Made by a program: the position numbers and the translations under genes
From: Gekko japonicus
Taxonomy: Eukaryota
Assembly (NCBI RefSeq): GCF_001447785.1
Contig: NW_015173680.1
Location: forward strand, 936,686 to 1,000,685
Length of the DNA stretch: 64,000 nucleotides
Reading direction: 5' to 3'
Shown: positions 30,340 to 46,300 of the stretch, piece after piece
Layout of the letters: each line of letters begins with the position of its first letter
How positions within the stretch are numbered: the stretch's first letter is position 1
Notes under the pieces: model-generated
Database searches by the model: none
What the model saw: only the letters and a program-made list of their open reading frames with translations
Told to the model about the DNA's origin: nothing

Positions 30340-30740
30340 ATGTTTATTTTCATTTATTTAAAACTTATCTATACCCCTTTCTACCCAATTCAGGTTCCCT
30401 GAGGATCAAGCATTAAAAAAGCATTTACAATATAAAATATTTAAAAGTTAAATAAAACATAATAATAACATGTAAATATGTAAATATGTATAAAGCACAC
30501 ACAAACAGGGAGGTGGGCTAATAAGAGTTAGTGAGGGACTGCCAAACAAAACAAAAATGTCTGCATGTGCTGGTGGAAGATGACAATAGTGGGAGACAGA
30601 TAAATCTCCCTGGGGAGGGAGTTTCAAAGTTTTGGCACCATGACCGAGAAGGCCCTTTCTTGGATTGCCACCCTAGATGCTCCAGATGGCAGGGGCACCC
30701 CAAACAGGGTTTCTGAAGATGTCTGGAATAGTCACGTAGG
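30340..30740 (-). mobile_element. L2-like LINE 3' remnant (other L2-like pieces ~45930-46460 + and ~55780-55900 +)
   Basis: Typical L2 3' motifs; the 55790 piece encodes YYADDTQLY (RT active site). Confidence 0.5.
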
Positions 30741-31074
30741 AAGAACGTCATTCATGTTGCCCCATGCAGTAAAACTGGGCAAATGGGAAGTGTGGAAAGA
30801 TGGTCTCTGTGCCTGTGTTCTCACCCCAGTGGCTGGACTCTTATTTTGTTCTACTGCTTCAGACGAACACAGCTGACCACCTGGATCTGTGTTCTCACCA
30901 CTTAAGGCATCTCTTCTGACTCAGAAAAAAAATATATAAGCATACTATACAGGCAGGCAACTTTCTTGGTTTCCTAGTTAACCCGTGTACCTTACTGGCT
31001 CAGCATTGCCCACTGCTGCAAAGTAAGGTTCAGACGGATGACACGACCTCATATATGGTTAACATGGTAATAGT

Positions 31075-31316
31075 AATATACTTTATTGTCATTGTACATA
31101 GTACAACGAAATTAAGATGCAATCATTTCGGTGATCTACAACAATATTCATATACACTCACACAACCATTCACTACTATCTCATAACTCCCTTAAGGTTC
31201 ACATAGCAACTTAAAACCACTAATGTCACCCAAATTCCAAATTCATACAGCATTTAAGGCAGTAATAGCTCTCGAATAAAAACTATTTTTTAATCTGTTT
31301 GTCCTTGTTTTAATGG
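31075..31316 (-). mobile_element. Rex1/Babar LINE 3' end
   Basis: The minus strand encodes IKTRTNRLKNSFYSRAITALN*, then a 3'UTR ending ACAATGACAATAAAG. Confidence 0.7.
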
Positions 31317-31920
31317 GCATGCATGAGGAAGGCCACTCAGGCCACCATTCTTGGCAGAACCATCCCATGAACTGGGAGGAGGGGGGATTTTGCTTATGAA
31401 CCACCTTGCACAGGTTTGGGCGAAGAAAGGGTTCCTGGCACCTAGCTTCTCTGGAAAAGCCAGACGCTCTCATGGTAACTTGCACTGCCACTTCTTGTGC
31501 TCAGTTGGTGCACTTTTATTATACGGAGGCCGTCCAGATTAGGGGGAAAGGAAGGCGGGACACAAATGACCACTAGGAAGCAGAACAAGAATGGAGCACC
31601 CGTCATGTTATCGTGTGACCGTCACCCATTGCCTGGTTCATACAGACGGTGGGTCGTTCCCTGACCGCAGTAATCCATCAGAAAACCAGCTCTAGGCTTG
31701 CCCTGCCCCCTGTCAGCATGCTGTATGTCGTATTCTCGAGTTACAAAGAGTTATTTTCAACCAAGGGGGCCACTCCAACATGCACCTTCAAAATGACGGC
31801 TTCCGCGTGGAATCCGGAAGTGAAGGTTCTTGTCTTTCCCTCTTTGTTCATGGAGGATTGACTAGAGAGTCCCGGAAGTGACGTTAAGACGTACGCCCAG
31901 GAGCCGCTTGACAGGAGACG

Positions 31921-34489
<2,569 letters not shown>

Positions 34490-36162
34490 TGGACAGCTTG
34501 ATCAGTAAGCATCTTCACCTCAGACAATTAGCCTCCCTTACCATAATGCAGAGTTATCTTCCAATTATACTTCCCTGCAAAATCACTGCACAGCAGCTTG
34601 TCTGCTAAGAATGGCCTTGGAAGCTGGATGTGCTGTCTTGCGTCTCTCATCTGTTGGAAGTTTAACTGTAAGAGAGAGCTGTACCATCTTCCTAGTGGGA
34701 GAGGACTTCAAAATGGGAGCCTCTCTCTGGTATCGGAATAGTTGCTCCAATCCAGTGATTCCGTGCAGGTGTGGAGGCCCCAGGGCTCACGCAAAGTTCT
34801 GCCATTTTGCTTTCCCATTCAGTTAGATGTAACATGCTGTCTGTGGCCCTGTGCCAAAGTTTCTGAAGTGAACAGGAAAAGTCTGCTCATTTTGTGAGCT
34901 TCCCATTTGCATTGGAGCACTGGAATTGTGCTTTGGCCTGGAGACTTTAATCTCGAGCTATCAGAATGTCTGTAACTATTTTAAGAACATCTTCACTTTG
35001 ATAGGCTTTTGTGGAGAACAATGTATGTACATCATTGTATAAACAGGAAAACATGAAAGTATGGGAAAGTCAAGAACTCTGGCATTTATGGCATTTGTCC
35101 CCACAGTGTCTGGTATCTTTCAGTTAAACTCTTTGGATTTGCACCTCTACCAAGAATTTTGTACAACATTCCAGCAAAAATAACTAAAATTATTCATTCA
35201 AAGGCTGTTGTTCTGTGAAGAGAAATAACGCTGGTAGTCTGTGTTTAAAGTTACTATACTTTTCTCCATAGAAATCACTGGCTTGTTTATTTAAGGTGTC
35301 ATACTGTAGGTTCAAGATTGCCTGTCTCTTACCATGAAATGCATTACTACATTTTACACTGAATGGCTAATAAATATTTTTCTGTGTATGATTGAACTTG
35401 TTGAGCTACTTGATGCAAAAAGCAGGGCAGGTGATGCTGGCAAGTATTTGAAATGCGGTGGGAAGGTATCAGACTGAGATCCCCAAACCATATCATTCCA
35501 AATCCCTCTGTATTTTTGGCGTGTTTCATTGTAATTTAGCCTTATTTTTCCTTTCCTTCAGCACCCACTTACCACATTTGGGTTGGGGAGTGAGAAGGAA
35601 ACCAACTTCTGCCAGTCTTCTCAGTTAAACTCATCTTATATTGCTATGGAGCCTCCAGTGCAGAGGGAGTTTCTCTGTTCTGTAGTTCTGAGGGGGAATT
35701 TGTGTTCAGGAGAACTCTTGGTAAAACAAGTTTCATCTGAGTTCTCTGAATTACAAATTGGGACAGGGAGATTTCTTCACTGGGAGACTGGAAGCTTTAG
35801 AGGATAGCCATTCAACTGCATGCACAGGATCTGCCGTGCAGGTGCTCCGTGCTTTCCGAAGAGAGTTCAAAGTGTTCCTGTGCCTTCCTAAATTCCCAGT
35901 ACAACTATGTTGACTCTCATCTCTCCAAGAAGCAGTATTAGCATGACAACTTTGTGCTATCAAAAGATGTGGCTGCTGGTATTTCTAACCAGCCCATCTT
36001 GATTTCACAGGTAGACAGCCATGATGCCTCTTTTACAGCGCAATCCTAAAAACAGTTTCCTAGGAGTAAGTGCCATTGAGTAGATGTCTGTGGGATTTTG
36101 AGTCAGCCTGCTAAGGATGCACTGTTAGACACTCCACTATACCTTGACCACCTCTCCCCAAC

Positions 36163-36367
36163 CAGTGCTCCCTCTAAACTGTTGGGGTCTTGTAAGCAAA
36201 AATTCTACTTTGTGAGCAACTGGCATTAAAGTTGTGATCAAGTGATTTGGCTAGTGCATAAATTAGTTTGCTCTGGAGCCATCCTTCCTGAGCGAAGACA
36301 AAAATGTGTGAGTCAGAGGGTAAGAAACTAAGCTAGTTTACACTAACTCATCTTAGAGGGAACACTG
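36163..36367. mobile_element. hAT MITE (same family as 12501 and 14274); an isolated TIR remnant also lies at 27579-27596
   Basis: Alignable body and TIRs CAGTGCTCCCTCTAA...TTAGAGGGAACACTG; TSD degenerate. Confidence 0.85.
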
Positions 36368-36633
36368 CTCCCAGCTATATGGAAGACTTTGTTTGTAAGG
36401 CTGGTGTCTCCTTAGCCCCAGCTGCGGAGCTTTTGGTGGGTTTAATCTTAACCTGTAGCAGCTCTACTACTCCAGGTCAAGATGTCTCTATATAATCCCC
36501 CCCATAAATAAAATTTTAACTAGCTTCCCTATACTGGGAATACAACACCTTCTATGCCTGCAAATTCTTCCAGGATGAGATGTGTTAGATGTCCACAGAC
36601 AGAAATTAAAAGTATTATGTACACAAAAAAGAG

Positions 36634-36639
36634 TTTATT
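36634..36639 (-). terminator. Candidate KANSL3 polyadenylation signal
   Basis: AATAAA on the minus strand about 140 nt after the stop, U-rich downstream. Confidence 0.5.
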
Positions 36640-36780
36640 AAAAGTGACCAATGAACAAAACAAAGCATCCTCCCAGTACAGAGGACAAAAATTGGGAACG
36701 ATACTCTTGTTCCCACAACCAAGTTTCATTTTCCATAGCAAAGGCAAAAATCAAGTTAACAGTAACAAAGCATGGAGTTG

Positions 36781-37346
36781 CTATGGCTTCTGGCTGAGGG
36801 CAGGCCCAGCAGTGGCTATGATAGAGGAGCTGGCCAGGTTACTGCCCAGTGTTATAAGTGTGGTGCCAGGTGCAGCAGGCAACATGCCCTGGGGCAGTAA
36901 GTGTCTGTTAGTAAGAGACTCCCGGGTGTGGATGATGGTGCTGCTATCATCCATGACGGAAGGCACCCTGCCCAGGGTCTCCAGAGCACCAACCGCATGC
37001 CCTTTGGTCAGATTAACTTTCTCTCCCCTCTGCCCGAGAGCCCGGTCACCCTTCATGGCCGTTAGTGTAGAGGTCAGTATAACGGTCTTGGATGTTGTCT
37101 GTAAAACAGGTCCTACTTTGGAATGCACTAGGCTGCAGGGTGGGCTGGAATTACTGGCTGGTGTGGTGGTGGCAAAAGTCACAGCTCCAAGAGGGGCAGC
37201 AGCAGAAGAGGATACAGCAGTGGTTTGGATTGCTGTGGGCTTCAGTGGGACAGAAGCAGCTTCTGCCATGACGGATTTTGTGAGTGCCGACAGCTTGGCA
37301 TCTGACATCACATACAGAGTCTTCATGGGGCTTGTGGTGGTTACTG
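36781..37346 (-). CDS. KANSL3: KANSL3 last coding exon (inferred)
   Basis: Pyrimidine-rich acceptor tcttgtctcttccctcag|, long open S/T/A-rich frame [19 protein letters not shown]...PALSQKP*. Confidence 0.78.
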
Positions 37347-40300
37347 CTGAGGGAAGAGACAAGATGACTGCTTCAGTTGGCTCCTCAATACTTCAAAGCC
37401 TGAACAAAACAAGCAAACCAGCTAGCTGCTGGCAGCCCCAGCCTTCCACTTATCAGCAACCCTATTTGTGGACTTTCCAAAGAAATGCATCTCCCCCCCC
37501 CGGTGATTTTCAGACCAGTGTGTGTCATGGTCCTCCCCCCTCCCATCTTCAACTCTATCTCTTCCTACACAACAGCGGAAACCAGTGAAAAAGCAAAAGG
37601 GAAGATGAGTGGTGAGACTGTATTTGCCCTTCCTGCCTCCAGATACGGGGGTGGCCAGGGCAGGTTAAGTACCCCCGCCCCCTTCATCATCTCTTGTTCC
37701 CCCCAGGAGAAAAAGCAAAGGATTACAGCTGGGAGGACAGCACTGCAAAAAAGTAAAAACCTATGCCATGATCCTGGGTAGTGCAGACACACTGAAACCC
37801 CAAGTAGTCTCTGCAGTATACAGGACCTCTCCCCCCCCCCAGACAAGCCTTCCATTTGTTCCATTTAAATGAACATAACTAGAGGTGACAGAGCTAAACA
37901 TGATCTGTTTGGATTGCTGAATGTAAATGCATGCTATTAGTAAACATGAACATCAGTGGTTCTATTAAGTTTGATTCAAGAGACAAGCCCACTCAGTTCA
38001 AGGAGAGCAGAGCTCCACCTTATAAACTTGGCAGGACTATTCCACACTATTTCTTACCAACGGGGAGTGTGACTGAGATTGGCTGAGATACTGGATCAGC
38101 AGACGGCATCTCTACACCAGCCTGGCCTTTGCCAAGTTCCACCTGAGACAGTAGTTTGGTGGCAGGCATGGAGCTGGATGCTGGGCTAGTTATGTTTCCA
38201 ACTGCGCTGTCTGGAACCTAAAAAAAAATTAAACATGTAAAAAGAACTGGAAGCTAAAACACAGGAACAGAAGGCATTTTGGACTACGAATGGCTCACAA
38301 GGCTCTTCATTTCTGCTGCACAAACTAAAGCACTAATCCCTCTGGAACTGAGAGATGTCAAGAAGCTAATGAGAAGAGGCCAGTACTGACCATTTACAAC
38401 TCTGTAAAAGGTTTGTGCAGCAGGCAGATTTGACAGCATTGTATATTTCATTAGGGGAAACCCCCCCAAGTTTCCAGCTTTGAAAGTCTGCAATCATCAC
38501 CACAAAGCAGGAAGCAAATACACGGAGCTCAGGGCAACATACACTGTTGTCTCCCCATTTATTCTGCCCTCCCCAAAACTCTGTGTAAGTTGGAAAAGGG
38601 GGGGGGGAGGATGGTTGTCCCACCCAAAGTCATCCACTTTGAGCTCAGGGCAACATACACTGTTGTCTCCCCATTTATTCTGCCCTCCCCAAAACTCTGT
38701 GTAAGTTGGAAAAGGGGGGGGGGAGGATGGTTGTCCCACCCAAAGTCATCCACTTTGAGCTCAGGGCAACATACACTGTTGTCTCCCCATTTATTCTGCC
38801 CTCCCCAAAACTCTGTGTAAGTTGGAAAAGGGGGGGGGGAGGATGGTTGTCCCACCCAAAGTCATCCACTGAGTTTTATGGCTGTGATCTGAATCTGGCA
38901 CCACACTAGCTCTCAAGCCTCAAGGGGCAATTTCTGCGATTTCTCAAGCACCCCATTTGAAAGTTATTCATTCTGGCAGTTAGAATTACCTGGGCTGGCT
39001 GTGGTGGGAGCAGGAGCTGCTGCTCTTCCAGCTGGGGCTGGACACTTCCGATGGCAGCCTGACTGAGGGTGGTGACTCGGCTGGCCTGTCCTCGCAGGGT
39101 TACGGTGATAGTGGTTGGGGCCTTCAAGCCTGGAAGAGAAAAGGCAACATTCGCTTGCGCAAGGTGACTTCAGAGCATACAGTTCACTATAGACACTGGA
39201 GCCACTATGGTTGATGTTTTAAAAATGCTCAAGATAACCTCTTCTAGGGGCAGCTTTCAGACATAGTGGGCTTCCTGCCCATCTGTGCATTGTTGAAAAC
39301 CATAATCTCAACTTTTTCCCTTGTCTTTTAAAGCAAGCATTCAATACTGCAGAATCACATTTGCGTCTCAGAGCCTTTCTTCCTGGAGCTTAGGCTGGTA
39401 CACTGAGTTAGGTCACATTATCTCAACAACCTGGTGAAGCAAAGAACTGGTGCCTTGCCCAAGACCACCCAGTGAGTTCCCTGGCTGAGCAGAGATTTGA
39501 ACCTGGGTCTCCCCAGTCTAAGTCCAGCCATTCCACCACGATGACTCCCTTCATAGGGCATTGAAAGCATGTGCAAACAGCTATCATTTTAGGCTAAAGG
39601 CTATTTATGTATATAATTCTGTTTTCAAAGCTGACTTCCGACACACCAGTGCAAATGGCTAAATGAAGAAATGCTCTGCATTCTATAACACTCTCTCTGA
39701 GAGTGGCAGTGGAGTCTCAAACTGCTCAAGATTATGTCATTCTCACTGCTGGACCTCCTGATGGCACCTGGTATTTTCGGCCACTGTGTGACAGAGTGTT
39801 GGACTAGATGGGCCATTGGACTGATCCAACATTGGCTTCTCTTATGTTCTTACTAGATTATCCTTAACGCTCACCAGATAACCTCAGCACACCTACTGGT
39901 GAAGCAAAATGTGGTGCTAGTTCAGGAAAAACCACCTTGGAAAGGAACTGCTCCCTACTTTGCTGTCGTAGTGTGACTCTTACCTGCCCCCTGACCGGAA
40001 ATGTGAGCCAAGCCAGGAAGGCTGCTTGCAAGCTTTGCCAGCCCCCCATTTGTGAGCAGCTGATGAATGGTGGTGGGCTTTGCACTTGCTGAAGCTCCAA
40101 GGGATGATAAAGATGTGGCTACCGGGATCGTGCGAACAATTGTTCCTGTACTGGTGGTTATGGCATTTAAGCTCTGGACGGGTGCAGAGGTCTTCAGGGC
40201 TGAGGTCTGCAAGGTTTAGAAAGAACAGGCTGTGGCAGTGGGACAAGACTAGGCACCACTTTCCTTCATCTTATAAAACATCCAGAAGTTTAAACAAGGT

Positions 40301-43300
40301 CTATGCGGTCTGATGCCTCAGCATTTGTTTCACGCACTTGCACCTCAACCACACCACCTCCAATGCTGCCTACCTGAACCGAAGTCCCCGTGGCAGCAAC
40401 ACTTGCTGGGAGAGCTGCTGGCTTTGTGCCAATGTCCTGCAGGCTGAAGCTCAAGCCCTGCAGAAGACTGCTGGCTGATGCTGTCCCTGAAGAAACCAGA
40501 GAGATGTGAAAAGATTTTTTTTCTTTCCTTGCACAGAGAAGAATCTGAAATTGCTGCAAGTCCCTGAAAATGATTTGGCTGACCTGACCTCTTGCTGATC
40601 CATCTCAATGCCAGGATGCCCAAGCAAGCACTGAAGGAATACCCAAATCCAGGACAAAGGTAACACAATTGCTTTCTACACCCACTTCAGACTAGGAATT
40701 GCCTTTCACAAAATGAGACACCATCATCAGTTACCTTGGAGTGGAGTGCTGGGTTGTGCTTGTACACACTGTGTGCTGCTGGCCACCAGCCTGTTCTGCA
40801 GAGCATGGAAAGCACTCGGAGCTGTGCTACTGGGGATTATAGCGGAGGGGGTAGGACTGATAGAGGGGCTGTCTGCTGCAGAACTTTGCCTGGGAAAACA
40901 TCAGATGCAGTCAAGTTGGTAACAAAGTTAGAGCTGGGGGAGGAATTTAAGTCTTCCTGTCTCTATCTTATCCTCACGATCACCACCCTCTGAATGAAAT
41001 AGGTTAGGCTGAGAGTGACTGGCCCAAAATCATCCAGTGAGCTTCCATGGCAGAGTAATGATTTGAACCCAAGGCTCCCACATCTTAGTCTAAGGACTGA
41101 GCCACACCAGCTGGAAGTCAAACTGAAACATGATTACACAGACACTTTTGCTAGGACAAGATATTTCTATCAGGTACCTGAAAAATTGTTCATAAACAAA
41201 GGGATTTTGTTTTCCCCAAAACACATGGCTTGGCTACTTTGCATGCAACACCTGAAGCTTCACACTCTACGTGCCTTCCTTTTCCCGTTGTGCTCTTGAT
41301 TGGTCTCTTATGTTCTTATGTTCTTAACCGCATGAGTTCACCTGGACAGTTCTTAATATAGGCCGATCACATATGCAGCAATCTGTGACACAAAGCAGCC
41401 AGAACCACATGAGTTCACCTGGGCAGTTCTTAATATAGGCCGATCACATATGGATATAAATCTGTTGAGTTCTCACAGCTAAAGGCATATGCTGACTTTC
41501 ACTATAAAAGCACAAATGATCTGAATTCACGTGAGGTTATAGGGAAGTTCTCTGTGTGATGGCTTATCTTTACATGCAAATCACCCTTTGATTCTGCAGT
41601 CTCCTAGTAAGGTTCTTCTCTGCCATCAAGTTAGGAATGAGACAGACCCTAAGTTGATTAGGAGGTATGGTTACATCTTTAATTGCCCGTCTGAATTTGG
41701 CATTTTAAACTGAGAAGCGAGGGACCTGTTCTCTGCCTCTAACTGGCTGTTTCAAAGATACTCACTTTGAAGTGGCAAGCACTCCCGTCACCTCTTTTGC
41801 ACCCAGCACAGATTGTCCAAAGGCCACAGCAACAGGTTTCACTGCACCTGCTGCAAAATGAGAGAAAAGAAATGAGGGATCAAGTTCTCTCCTTCACCAC
41901 GATTATAGCTGCTTTTGAAGGGCTGGAAAAAGCTCAGGTAGCACGCTCCAGCATTCATACTCCATAAGCTGACACTGCTGTGAAAAATGCAAGAAATACT
42001 ATGAGATCATGCAACTCACTCAGCAGGTACCCACAGAACAACAAATGAAATGGATTCTGGATATCAGCAGCTCCATGATGCACAAGATGGAAACCAGGCA
42101 TTGCCTCCAGAGCACTGGAAATCTAGGCCTGCAGGCTCAAATGTGGCAAACCACTACTGTCCATGGCTCATGACACTTATACTAGTTTCACTCTTCTCTC
42201 TACTACCTTGTTTCACCAGCTAATCAGCCATAGCAGGGCTTTATTTAATCCATTTGATTCTGTTAGCATCCTTCTAAGACATTTTATAAAATACACAGGA
42301 ACAAAAACCGAGTTAAAATTATGCTTTTATTGTAGTGTTTTGGATACAAATATAAATTGTCTTGCATATTCCTTCTGTCCACGTATGGTAAGAGGGAATT
42401 CTTGTTTTGTTCAAGTTAACTTCTGCATTTCATTATTTTCTGTGAAAAGAAATAAAGTTTGGATAATTAAATTAAAGGAACAGAAACTTTCAAAGCTGAT
42501 GAATGTATGCTTCAGTGTTCACACACACACACAGAGTAGTTAATTTGTACAGTACAGAAAAATACTGTTAAATTAACCATTGGAAGATTTGCAGAAGTAC
42601 ATTTTACAGCTTTGGAAGCCTCCGTATCTCAATGTTCTCAAACTGCTTTATTGAGTCCTGTTCTACTAAGAGAGGCTGTTTGTAGAAAGCAGCAATGAAT
42701 AACTACCCTTCTGAAACCATTCACTCCACAAATGGAGCTGATTCATTCATTCATCTAGCTTACATCTAGTTCTATTTAACTATCAGGGTTAACATCTAGC
42801 ACTGTGATGAAGTGTTCTGCAACTGTGCTAACCACAGTTCCTCCACATTTCACTTTGGTGAACCAATATCTGCACCCACGTGTGTGCAAATCAATGCACT
42901 GTGGCCAACTCCCAGGCCAGCATACTTTTATAAGACATTTATATTCTGCCTTTCCCCCAAGGAGCTCAGGGTACCCATACATCATGGATGGGGTGATCCT
43001 ATCCCAGCCCAATTTTGTAAGATATGCATCAGCAAACATGATCATCATGCATGTGTGCTCCCAAACACTGAACTATGTGAAGCAACCTTTTAAAAGGAAA
43101 CAGATGAAATGAAACACTTCTGCTCACTTCACTTGGCTCCTAAGAGGTTCACAGCATAGAAGCAGGTCGGGAGAGAGTGATCCTTTACATTTGTAACCAA
43201 CTTTGTATTTCAAGCCATGGTAATATCCTGAAGTCATGATATCCAGGAAACTAGTTATGCAGGATATAAATATTTTAAAAGAACAAATGAGGTCCCCAGG

Positions 43301-46300
43301 AGGAAGCTTTTATGGCTATACTCCCAACTTAACAGTGTTTGAGAAGTCATTTCTGTCAATCCATATTCAAAGATAGTGGAACTCCCTTGAGATATTCTTC
43401 TTTAAAACTGACCATGCTAACAAATCCTTTCACATTCAGCATGCCCCAGACATTTCCCACCTCCCAACCACCACACTGGGTGAGGAATAGCAACCCATAA
43501 AGCAGCAGTTTAGTCACAAACATCTTCCCTTAGCTTGTACCATAACAAAGGTTAATATTTGGAAATTACTTGTCATTATTCAGCAAGCTTTTCCCCTCCT
43601 TTCAAACTCTCTGCCTTGACACTGCAGGGTTGCTGGGGAAACCTAAAAAGGGAGTGAATGACTGGACTCTAGCACTGTGATGGTTATACTTTTTGTTCTC
43701 CATCCCGTTGTGATGGTTGCTGTGCAGCTAAGTACAAAGAAGGAAGCTGTAATCCAACGGAAATGTAACAGGTTCACTGACTTGGCTTCTAAGGAATACC
43801 AGAAGAAAACTTGAAGGAACTCAGAGCAGCATATGTGGTTCTCACTTCCCTTTTTCAACTAAATTGATAAGGTGTGCATGCACATGAAAGCTCATACCTT
43901 GCATAAACCTTTGTTGGTCTTAAAGGTGCCATTGGGCTCTAAATTTGTTAAACTGCAACTAGAAATTGCTCATGAATGATAACATCTATATTATTCTAAA
44001 ACAGAGTTGCCAAATGCTGGCATACCAGATGAATGGCATGTTAGGTGCTTGCTTTCCACTATCACAGCTATTGGACTGAACTCTGAATCCACCTACTACA
44101 CCCATATTTTACAAGCCTTAGTACTCATCCCTGTCAGCCAAAATGCAGTTAGGCTATTCAAACATGATACGAGTGACTTGGTACATTCACTGCCCCTTTC
44201 CTGTCTCCTCCTGCCTACCCTGGAGATATGTAAAAACGACTCCCAATTTCCATGACTCACTTTCTGGTGATGCTTCCATGGGGACTCCATTCCCTGCTCC
44301 AGCAGCTTCCCCATGGGAGACAATGGTCACCTTGATTTTGGCCCGCTTGGCGGATTTGCTGCACTGCGTGGGGCTGGGAGCCTGGTGCCTCTTCAGCTGC
44401 ATTCGCAGATCTTCTTTCTCTCCTGCATCCAGCTGCTGCTCTGAAGAGACTGGAACCAGACAACACAAAACGGCTTATTTGAAACTGAGACTATACGATA
44501 TAAGAACATAAGAGATGCCAATGTTGGATCAGGCCAAAGGCCCATCTAGTCCAACACTCTGTCACACAGTGGCCAAAAATACCAGGTGCCATCAGGAGGT
44601 CCACCAGTGGGGCCAGGACATTAGAAGCCCTCCCACTGTTGGCCCCCCCAAGCACCAAGAAGACAGAGCATCACTTGCCCCAGAGCCCCTATCTATACCT
44701 TGTGGCTAATAGCCACCGATGGACCTCTGCTCCATATGCCTATCTAATTCCCTTTTGAAGCTGTCCATGCTTGTAGCCGCCACCACCTCCTGTGGCAGTG
44801 AATTCCATGTGTGAATCACTCTTTGGGTGAAGAAGTACTTCCTTTTATCCGTTCTAACCTGACCGCTCAGCAATTTCATTGCTCCTCTACTCCTCTACTG
44901 TCAGAAATGGGAAGTACAAAACCCAAAGGCCTAAACTCCTCTACTGCCAGAAATGGGAAGTACAAAACCCCAAGGCCTAAACTTGGACATGTGGAGCTCC
45001 CTTGTGCTGTCCTTTGTAAAAAGTGGCCTTTTGCTTCCTGTGCATCAAGAACCTTTCCGCTCTGATTTCAGCAGCCCTTGGTCAACCACTCATTCAGAGC
45101 TATATGACAAAGAAATGCTCAAAACAGTCACTTAAGTTTTACATTCTTACAGAGCAGACAGTATGAAAAGCAGTTTACTTCAAGACGAAAGTTGCCAAAA
45201 TCCTACAATTTCAGGGTGACCCAGAACATACATTTCCACAATGTAAAAAGTAGTTATCAGTTCTGATCAACTTCACAGAATCGATTTGTTAGATGGCAAA
45301 CAATAAGGATCTGCAGGCATGGCAAATATTTATTCAAAGGAAAGCATGATCATGTGAGAATCAGTGCCCTGGTCTAACTGCAGAGCAACAAAATATAAAC
45401 AGGGAAGGAAGGGTGGCGATTTAGAAGACTGTGGGGGGACAGGCAGAGAACAGATACTGAAATTGTGATCTGCACTCATGTTGAGTTGAAGTCTCTAAAA
45501 AGAAATAATCTTTTGTAGTAGGCAATGTCATATCAGATTCCACAACAAGTCTACAGTTCTCAGCATATTCTCTTAAAAATAAGTTGCACTGAAATTAGCG
45601 AGACGCAGTTCAACTCCAGCCTTGATAGTAAGTTTCACCAATTTACTTGATAGTAAGTTTCACCAATTTCACCATCATTTACTGGCAACTGAACAAGCTT
45701 CTCCTTCTTAGCACATAACTCTTCCACAGTGTTTTTCATCTGCATGGAACAATTAGCACCATTTTTTGTTTGTCTGCTTTACTACATTCAGCAAGCTCAG
45801 AGATAATGCAGTGATGCTTCCCACGTACCTAGCAACAGTACTCTAAAACACAGCTCTCTCTTCTGGCTATACCAAACAGCAAACAGAACACCAGCAGCAT
45901 TGTTATTTGATAGCAGGAAGCAATCCAGGTATTTAAGAGCCAACAGCATTAGCTGCCCACATCTGCAGGTGCCATCCTACAATAAGACAAGATCAACAAC
46001 CTCCCCGTACACAATCATTCTCTGTGGTGGCCCCCACCTTGTGGAACAGCCTGCCTCAAAAGGTCAGGAGGGCTCACACACATCGTGTAAAGTACATAAA
46101 ATGGAGTTGTTCAGTAGGGCTTTTGTATTAACGTAAATATGGCCACACTATAACAGAATGATACAGGAGGGTGCTTTATGGAGGAAAGGGCCTGTGGACT
46201 ATACTGCTGCATTTTAGGATATATTCTGTGTTTGCAGCAAATACTGCATTGCTGTTGCTGCATTCTTTCTACTGATGTAATACTATTTTTATACATTCTA

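Noticed and set aside
28836-31920. Bidirectional POLB/UFM1 promoter
   Set aside because: The genes are head-to-head but about 3 kb apart, with separate CpG islands and repeats between them.
36554-37588. 344-aa plus-strand ORF
   Set aside because: It is the antisense shadow of the S/T/A-rich last KANSL3 exon and resembles no protein I recognise.
38366-38909. Repeated ORFs or a CRISPR-like array
   Set aside because: These arise from the 116-bp tandem repeat. There are no unique spacers and the context is a eukaryotic intron.
43860-43900. Penelope-associated hammerhead ribozyme
   Set aside because: The stem and GAAA are present (GTGTGCATGCACATGAAA), but the CTGANGA core reads TTGATAA, so it is probably dead.
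41326-45670. Short direct duplications (41326/41403, ~44890-44980, ~45620-45670; also ~18585-18665, ~62570-62640)
   Set aside because: Ordinary local intronic duplications with no sign of function.
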